A stretch of DNA of 64,000 nucleotides from Eledone cirrhosa (lineage: Eukaryota): positions 16,368,001 through 16,432,000 of the forward strand of contig OZ024759.1 of NCBI GenBank assembly GCA_964016885.1, written 5' to 3'. The notes under the pieces were generated by a model. It was not told the DNA's origin. It ran no database searches and worked only from the letters and a program-made list of their open reading frames with translations. Shown here one piece after another: positions 23,212 to 64,000 of the stretch. Each line of letters opens with the position of its first letter. The stretch's first letter is position 1. Position numbers and translations under genes: made by a program.

Positions 23212-24111
23212 ATGGAAGGAAAACAAGGAGAAAGTTACACGAAAGAAAACGATGGACAATTAGAGGAAAAGCGAAAAATGAAAGAAGCATTTACAAGTGG
23301 TGGTTATTTGACCAATTCACTTGAATTAATTCCAGAGCAGTCATCGGAAATATATAATTTAGAAACAGACTCGTCGCAAAAAGACAGAGATAGAGAAGTT
23401 GTTCTGAAAGTATCGTTGGAGTCGGAAAATCTTCCTAAAAATAAAGACCAAGTAGTTGAAAGAATGAACTCCAACGAGACCGAACGGATCCCTGGACGGA
23501 AAGCCAGAAACACATCAATGAATAAAAGTGTGAAAGGTAACTACCATGTGGCTATACAGAGGGACAGACTGGATTCTTACCGCTTCTATAAAAACCGTTA
23601 TGATAACAATAAATCTAATGCTGAAGAAGTAAGAAGACACTCGGACTCGATATCCGATAATAATTATCCAGCTAAAATACCCATCACTCGTACCAACACC
23701 AACACCACCAACAACTCTGACCAAAGTACTCGTCATTCAACTTTGGCTGAAATGAACTCGGGGTCTTTTGATGACGATGTATTTGTGGCTAATCCGTCAT
23801 TTTCGCGACTGGAATCAAACACTTCAACCACATCTACGACCACAATTCGTGATAATCCTTACAATAACCTAAATTACAGAATACACGATGCTTTGTGGTG
23901 TCCGTGCATACTTCCTTTCTTCTATCTCTGTTGCAGTCCTTCAATATATTTCATGACAAATTCCGATAGTTTCTTCAGACAGAACGATGACAAGAAAGCT
24001 AAATTATATGCAAGGACAGCTACAGGTTTGTACTTGGTTGGAACAATTTTTGCTTTGTTATTTTATACGGGCATTTTTGTGCTTCTGCTCACCTATGTTC
24101 TTCCAAAATAG
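23212..24111 (+). CDS. Intronless 299-aa membrane protein: long hydrophilic N-terminus plus C-terminal CD225/dispanin-like (IFITM/PRRT/SynDIG-type) module
   Basis: Non-repetitive 900-nt ORF in AT-rich DNA. The C-terminus DALWCPCILPFFYLCCSPSIYF-(NSDSFFRQNDDKKAKLYARTA)-TGLYLVGTIFALLFYTGIFVLLLTYVL has a Cys-rich hydrophobic segment, a short charged loop and a terminal TM helix. AATAAA at 24691-24696. Confidence 0.8.
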   Translation: MEGKQGESYTKENDGQLEEKRKMKEAFTSGGYLTNSLELIPEQSSEIYNLETDSSQKDRDREVVLKVSLESENLPKNKDQVVERMNSNETERIPGRKARNTSMNKSVKGNYHVAIQRDRLDSYRFYKNRYDNNKSNAEEVRRHSDSISDNNYPAKIPITRTNTNTTNNSDQSTRHSTLAEMNSGSFDDDVFVANPSFSRLESNTSTTSTTTIRDNPYNNLNYRIHDALWCPCILPFFYLCCSPSIYFMTNSDSFFRQNDDKKAKLYARTATGLYLVGTIFALLFYTGIFVLLLTYVLPK

Positions 24112-25178
24112 GGTCCCTGACAAAACTTTCAAGCCAAAATCCCCACCGAACAAAATCATCTGGGACAAAATTCGCACCTCTACCGGACAAAAAAAAAAAC
24201 AAAAAAACTCACAAAATTTATTCCTTTTTTAAAACAAAGAAACACACATATATGTAGATTTCCGAGTTGTGTCAGGGGTAACCACAATTAAAAAAGGTAT
24301 ACTCAATACCTTTTGAAAGTAAAGGCATCTTTATTATATATAGAAAAAACTTCCACAGGACTAAAACTCTTTCATTCATATGAAATCATATATAAAGACA
24401 AAAAGGGCGAGGGAGAGATTGTATCATTAAACATCGAAGTTTACTTTCTAAATCAATTTTTTAATGTAAAAAAAAAAAAAATTATGTACGACTAGCATAA
24501 TTTGTGAATACGAATATAAAAATACTCAATACAAGCATGGAAGGGTTCTTTCGTTTTAAGCCAACGGCAGTCTCTGACCAATAATTTTCATTTATATTCA
24601 TTAAATTTACATATACAATATCCCAGAAAATACGTGGAGAAGAGATAGAGTTATGTCCATGTATGTTGCGATGTTTCTTTTTATTTTACTAATAAATCAT
24701 TCGGAATTTACTTATACAGATCTATCAGGTATTTACATTTTATTATGTACTGACGACTGCTGTCTACTTAAAACGAAATAACTCCAACATTGGTATACAC
24801 ATATATATGAAATAATGAAATGACTGTGTACAGTGCACAGGTGCACTACAAATATATATATATATATTATGCCCCTTGCCATTCTGCGTTCAAATCCCGC
24901 CGAGGTTAACTTTGCCTTTCATCCTTACGAGGTCGATAAAATAAAGTACCAGTAATGTACTGGTATAATTGCTGGCCTTGTGCCAAAAGTAGAAACAATT
25001 ATAATATAACCATATTCTACTACCGCCTTCGCCATTCTGTCCGCCGGGGCTGTGGGGAAGCCAGCACGTGGGACCCCATTTCCTCACCACACGGAGAAAT
25101 GGAGGTGATGACAGTGGGAGTACAGGCTGTTCTTTCTCGACAATTAATAAATAATGTTTATACAGCTACTACCACAGA

Positions 25179-25385
25179 GGCCCGACGCGCGATTGATTCG
25201 AGTCGGGCTAGATCGAACCTTGAGCTGATCAATAGCGAAACGTGCCTCGCCAACCAATAAAGGTAATGAAGGAGTAACTATTCGTCCTTGTTTTATTATA
25301 TTACACTGTCTAGCTCTACTACCCCAAGTATCGAGTACTTTGTTGAGTAATGGTCTAACCAGTTTCAAACTGAATCCATCCCGAT
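25179..25385 (+). mobile_element. Penelope-like terminal-repeat fragment with a degenerate hammerhead
   Basis: GGC-CCGACGC-GC..GC-GAAA-CGTGCCTC-GCC; shares AACCTTGAGCTGATCAAT.GCGAAACGTGC with the 18872 motif; tail ctctact..aagtatcgagtacttt is shared with the 22570 and 25530 copies. Confidence 0.5.
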
Positions 25386-25391
25386 ATATAT

Positions 25392-25600
25392 ATAGGAACG
25401 AGTAGGACCCCGACGGCTGAGCTCAAGCCGTTTCGACGGCTAATTCTGGACGAAATTTCGTCCAGAATTAGCCGTCGAAACGGCTTGAGCTCAGCCGTCG
25501 GGGGGTCCTACTAGTTCCTATTACCCACTCTACTATCCTAAGTATTGAGTACTTTGGTGCGTTATGGTCCACTTGGTTCCTTACCACATTTCCTTCGTTA
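25392..25600 (+). mobile_element. Same Penelope-like fragment with a 5' inversion forming a ~130-bp palindrome
   Basis: Arms 25392-25455 and 25456-25521 with no spacer; tail matches 22560-22650. Confidence 0.6.
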
Positions 25601-26339
25601 TATATATATATACATACACTACTTTTGACTTAATATTACTCTGGATATTTTCCATTGAACTAATTTATTGAGAAGCACATAATTCTTACAAATGTTATAT
25701 TTGTGTGTGTATATATATATACACACAGAGACAGACAGAGAGAGAATACGAGTTTACCTGAATGATTTATTAAGTTCTATTGACTGTAAACTTAAAATTG
25801 CATTACAATCAAAGTGTAATTATTAATACACCTCTATACAATGTTTCCATTTAAAATGTTTTGTACAAATGTATAATACTCTGTAATTTAAACAAGTTAT
25901 TTTTTTAAATATACATACAAGAAATAAACGTTCTTTTACATGTCATCAACATAATTGTTTTATCTGTGCCTTTGAAAACGTAATTATATAAAATTATATT
26001 TAAAGAATTCTTTTGGAAGTAATTAAAGATTCTTTGTTTTTAAACTGAAACTTTAGACAATATTTTACAACTACATCGCACATTGTTTTTTTCTTTAGTT
26101 TTTTTATGCATCCAGTAATTTGTTAAAATTCATTGTTGTATAAAAAGAAATTAATACAATGCTTACAGAACGAAAGTACTAACAAATATAATATAAAGGA
26201 AAGGGAAAGAAAAAAAAAGAACAACAGAGAAGCGGTTAGCACACATCTGGGAACACATACAACAAAAGGCAGACGAAATGGGTGGTGGATAAACTAGCTG
26301 CTACCAGAGTAAAAGATAACAGTATCGGGGGCACTGGGA

Positions 26340-26490
26340 CACCTCTCTAATAATTTTTGAGACAAGCCAGCACGATCGCGGCATTACCTCGGGTGATGGC
26401 GAGGCTGGGGTGCTGGAATAACCAATCGCCCTCACTAGCTTCACAAGTTACCTCTGTTAGGCGAACCGCTAGTGAAGATAGGAATCTAGC
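26340..26490 (-). mobile_element. CRE-like non-LTR retrotransposon C-terminal fragment
   Basis: Minus-strand translation FLSSLAVRLTEVTCEASEGDWLFQHPSLAITRGNAAIVLAC resembles the ..QRLSLAI.RGNA..VL terminus of CRE-clade elements. Confidence 0.55.
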
Positions 26491-28204
26491 CCGTTAAGTT
26501 GAGATGAGGGCACAAAACTGAAGTTTTGCTCAATTTTAACTTACAGAATCCTCAAATAGGACTCTACCCAAAGGCAAGCTTTCTCAGATACTAGCATAAG
26601 ATTTTACTAATAAATATATAATTTATTGTTTTAATATATGAAAAAAATGAATAACTCAAATTACTGCATGAATTACTAAATGATAATTATTATTTCTACT
26701 TTTGGCACAAAGACCAGCAATTACCCCAGTGCATTACTGGTACTTTATTTTATCGACCCCGTAAGGATGAAATGCAAAGTTAACGTCAGCGGGATTTGAA
26801 CTTATAATAATGGTTTCTGATTCAGGCATAAAGCCAACAATTTTGGGGGAGGGGAAAGTTGATTAAAATCGACCCCGGTGTGTTACTGGAACTTTATTTT
26901 ATCGACCCCGTAAGGATGAAAGGCAATTGTGACCCCGGCTCTAGTACTTTATAGCATGGACTAGGTGCATTTTATCCTCGCATCAGCACTACCACTTTTC
27001 AGAGTGTACTTTATCATAGCATCAACACTGGTACTTTACTGAGTGGACTGGGTGTATTTTATCCTAACATCAGCACTACCACTTTACAGAGTGTAGTGGG
27101 TGTGTTTTATTGTAAGCACTGGTACTTTAAATAAATTGTATAGTCACCAAAATGACTAACCAATGTCGATGATGCAATTTGTAGCATCACTGTTGAGACC
27201 TAGTAACAGTTGTGCTGGACATTTGTTCTACAATAATGACCCTGCATCTTCTTTTAACCCTTTAGCATTTAAACTGGCCAGAATTCTCACCTCTTTCTCT
27301 TCAAACCTGCTATAACTGGTTACTCTTACCGACATTCAGGTATTGTTCTCAAAATAAATAATTGTTTCTACTTTTGGCACAAGGCCAGCAATTATCGTAG
27401 TACATTACTGGTGCTTTATTTTATCGACCCCGTAAGGATGAAAGGCAAAGTTAAGCTTGGCGGGAATTGAACTCAGACCGCGACTCTGCTGCAAAGCATG
27501 GTGTCTGATCTACCAATACTGTTCGATATTATGTGACATAATTATACGAGATAAAGCCTTTTCCGTGAAAATATAATAGTAAATAGAGTAATGTGAATGT
27601 ATTTTAACCCTTTAACCCTTTAACAAACAGTTATTTGCCATGTCTTAAGGGGTTAATACTAAATATTCCTGGAGCTGGATGTTTATTTTACAATTAAGCC
27701 TTTCTGTTCATTGTACAAATAGGATGTGGAGGCATGTGGCTTATTGGTTAGGGAGTTCGGTTGCTGATCATAAGGTCCTGAGTTCGATTCCTGGCAGTAT
27801 GTTGTATCCTTGAACAAGACACTTCCTTTCATGTTGCTCCAGTAAACCCAGCTGGCAAAACTTTTATTCTTTAAACCATTAGTTACTAACCTGGTCCAAA
27901 CCAGCTCTGGTTCTATGAAATAAAACCACCCATTTTAAAGGTTTCCAATTTAAATTAAAATCTTCCAACAATTTTATATAAAAACCTTACATTAAGTTAC
28001 TATCTTAATGAAATAATTTTAGCAAATCCTTCAAAATTCATTAATTAATCAAAATAGTGTATTTCATTAGAAATGTGGTCATAAAAAGGTTTAGCTGGTG
28101 TCCTGTCAAGGAGGGATAAGTTGTTCACCTCCTGCTATCACTGGTGTTAAACTGCATCAGTCTTTCTTTTTTCCTTTGACAACATCAATATCTTGGCAAG
28201 GGGA

Positions 28205-28645
28205 AGCTGGTCTCCCCACAAAATACCTCGGCCAGGGCCAGTTCCTGGTCTCACCAAAAAATACCTCCCCCAGGGCCAGTTGCTGGTCTCGCCACTAAAT
28301 ACCTCCCCCAGGGCCAGTTCCTGGTCTCACCAAAAAATACCTCCCCCAGGGCCAGTTGCTGGTCTCGCCAAAAAATACCTCCCCCAGGGCCAGTTGCTGG
28401 TCTCGCCAAAAAATACCTCCCCCAGGGCCAGTTCCTGGTCTCACCAAAAAATACCTCCCCCAGGGCCAGTTGCTGGTCTCGCCACTAAATACCTCCCCCA
28501 GGGCCAGTTGCTGGTCTCGCCACTAAATACCTCCCCCAGGGCCAGTTGCTGGTCTCGCCACAAAATACCTCCCCCAGGGCCAGTTGCTGGTCTCGCCACA
28601 AAATACCTCCCCCAGGGCCAGTTGCTGGTCTCGCCACAAAATAAC
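28205..28645. repeat. ~39-bp GC-rich minisatellite, ~11 copies
   Basis: Unit aaatacctcccccagggccagttgctggtctcgccac(t/a)a. Confidence 0.93.
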
Positions 28646-29718
28646 TTGCCCAAGCCAGCACTTTTATCAGGTACTGGTGTAAGCCCACAACCTGTCATGA
28701 CCAAAGGGGTGCTAAATATTACTCAATAACCCTACTTTAGCCTTTTGACATTTAAACTGCTGTATCTGGCCAGAATTCTCACCTCTTTCTGTTCAAACCA
28801 GCCATAACCAGCTGCTCATACTGATTTTTCTAAAAATAAATAATAACAAAATCTCAGATTCGATATGTGAAATAATTATGTCAGGTAAAGCCTTTCTCAT
28901 GAAAATATAATAGTAAATATAGAGTAATGTAAATGCTAAAGGGTTAAAGAAAACCTTATGTAATACAAACAACTAAATAAAGACAAGAAAAAAAAAAAAG
29001 AAAAATTGATAATGGAGGGCAAATTTATTTTTAATGATTTCATTTGTTTATAAGGGTAATTGACAACAAAAATTTAAAAATATTTTTGTAAATTATATAT
29101 CAAACTTTAATTTATTTTGATCAAGTCTTTTTTATCTTTTGACAAATCATTATCAATGTGTGTGTATGCATGTATGTGAATGTGTGTGTGTGTATATATA
29201 TATTATATATATATATATAGTTTGACATGTACTCCATCCTGAGGGGGTGGTGGGAAGCTTCTTTAGAGCAATTTTTATATTTTATTTTTATTCAAATATT
29301 TTCTTTTAACAAATAATTTCAGACAGGTTTCCAACAAAATATAATAATCTTTCATTTGTTATTGGTTAAAATATGTAACATGATAATTTTATGTACAGTA
29401 ATGATATTTTTGTGAGAGTCCATATTGTACAAAAAGAGGAGAGTTGACATCTTTCGAAGATTTTTTTTTTTTTTCTTTGAATAATTAATTTTCTAATTTA
29501 GGCACAAGGCCAGCAATTTTTGTAAGTTGATTATATCGACCCCCCCAGAGAAACGAAAGGCAAAGTTGACCTCGGTAGGATTTGAACTCAGAACAGAAAT
29601 GACACTAAATACCACAGAGTATTTTGTCTGTCACTCAACCGATTCTGTCGCCTTTGAATAATAATAATTATAATAATAAATAGTAATAATAAGAATAATA
29701 ATACTTCCAAGTTCATGA

Positions 29719-62752
<33,034 letters not shown>

Positions 62753-62789
62753 CTGGAATGTTAAAAAGAGAAAGTTCAATATTGAAATT

Positions 62790-64000
62790 TACAAAGTGAT
62801 AGTCTTGTTGCTGCTGCAATAACATACACCCAGTACACTCTGTAAAGTGGTAGTGTTGCTGCTGTCGCAATAACATACACCCAGTACACTCTGTAAAGTG
62901 ATAGTCTTGCTGCTGCTGCAATAACATACACCCAGTACACTCTGTAAAGTGATAGTGCTGGAGCTGCTGCCGCAATAACATACACCCAGTACACTCTGTA
63001 AAGTGGTAGCGTTGCTGCTGCTGCAATAACATACACCCAGTACACTCTGTAAAGTGATAGCGTTGCTGCTGCCGCAATAACATACACCCAGTACACTCTG
63101 TAAAGTGATAGTGTTGCTGCTGTCGCAATAACATACACCCAGTACACTCTGTAAAGTGATAGTCTTGCTGCTGCAATAACATACACCCAGTACACTCTGT
63201 AAAGTGGTAGTCTTGTTGCTGCTGCAATAACATACACCCAGTACACTCTGTAAAGTGATAGTGCTGGAGCTGCTGTCGCAATAACATACACCCAGTACAC
63301 TCTGTAAAGTGATAGTGCTGGAGCTGCTGCCGCAATAACATACACCCAGTACACTCTGTAAAGTGATAGTGCTGGAGCTGCTGCCGCAATAACATACACC
63401 CAGTACACTCTGTAAAGTGGTAGCGTTGCTGCTGCCGCAATAACATACACCCAGTACACTCTGTAAAGTGATAGTGCTGGAGCTGCTGCAATAACATACA
63501 CCCAGTACACTCTGTAAAGTGATAGTGCTGGAGCTGCTGCTGCAATAACATACACCCAGTACACTCTGTAAAGTGATAGCGTTGCTGCTGCTGCAATAAC
63601 ATACACCCAGTACACTCTGTAAAGTGATAGTGCTGGAGCTGCTGCAATAACATACACCCAGTACACTCTGTAAAGTGATAGTGCTGGAGCTGCTGCCGCA
63701 ATAACATACACCCAGTACACTCTGTAAAGTGGTAGCGTTGCTGCTGCTGCAATAACATACACCCAGTACACTCTGTAAAGTGATAGTGCTGGAGCTGCTG
63801 CAATAACATACACCCAGTACACTCTGTAAAGTGGTAGTGTTGCTGCTGTCGCAATAACATACACCCAGTACACTCTGTAAAGTGATAGTCTTGCTGCTGC
63901 TGCAATAACATACACCCAGTACACTCTGTAAAGTGATAGTGCTGGAGCTGCTGCAATAACATACACCCAGTACACTCTGTAAAGTGATAGTGCTGGAGCT
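62790..64000. repeat. ~46-52-bp minisatellite, ~24 copies, runs off the window
   Basis: Constant caataacatacacccagtacactctgtaaagtg plus a variable GCT-rich part. Confidence 0.95.

Noticed and set aside
24750-24786. CTGACGA...GAAA possible hammerhead
   Set aside because: No credible stem II, stem III or stem I pairing.
24955-25260. 101-aa ORF with a GC-rich core
   Set aside because: Spans a SINE tail and a ribozyme-element fragment; no recognisable domain.
28098-28729. Pro-rich 178-aa ORF
   Set aside because: ~39-bp minisatellite; no splice or homology support.

Overview
AT-rich, microsatellite- and repeat-dense animal genomic DNA. The repeat landscape looks like octopus/cephalopod (inference). 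Three protein-coding loci are supported. (1) The last 11 coding exons of RNA polymerase III subunit RPC5 (POLR3E) on + (860-16353). (2) An intronless 299-aa ORF with a C-terminal CD225/dispanin-like membrane module on + (23212-24111). (3) The last 19 exons of an ABCC/MRP1-like ABC transporter on - (62752-29719). All spliced exons have GT-AG boundaries with consistent phases. Introns and intergenic DNA hold tRNA-derived SINEs, RTE/CRE/Ingi-like LINE fragments, TTAA-flanked piggyBac-like MITEs, mariner/pogo-like MITEs, Helitron-like elements and many minisatellites. The most notable unannotated signal is a set of hammerhead-ribozyme motifs, probably from Penelope-like elements. They comprise an intact-looking motif at 21499-21568, a G12C variant at 22265-22326, a minus-strand motif at 18872-18959, degenerate or half copies at about 21148, 22490, 25179 and 25392 (the last folded into a ~130-bp palindrome), and a minimal motif at 60189-60224. 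Most cluster around the CD225-like gene. Several long inverted repeats are also present, including one in the likely POLR3E 3' UTR and a pair of hairpins with mutually complementary loops in an ABCC intron. Family names come from motif recognition, not database searches.
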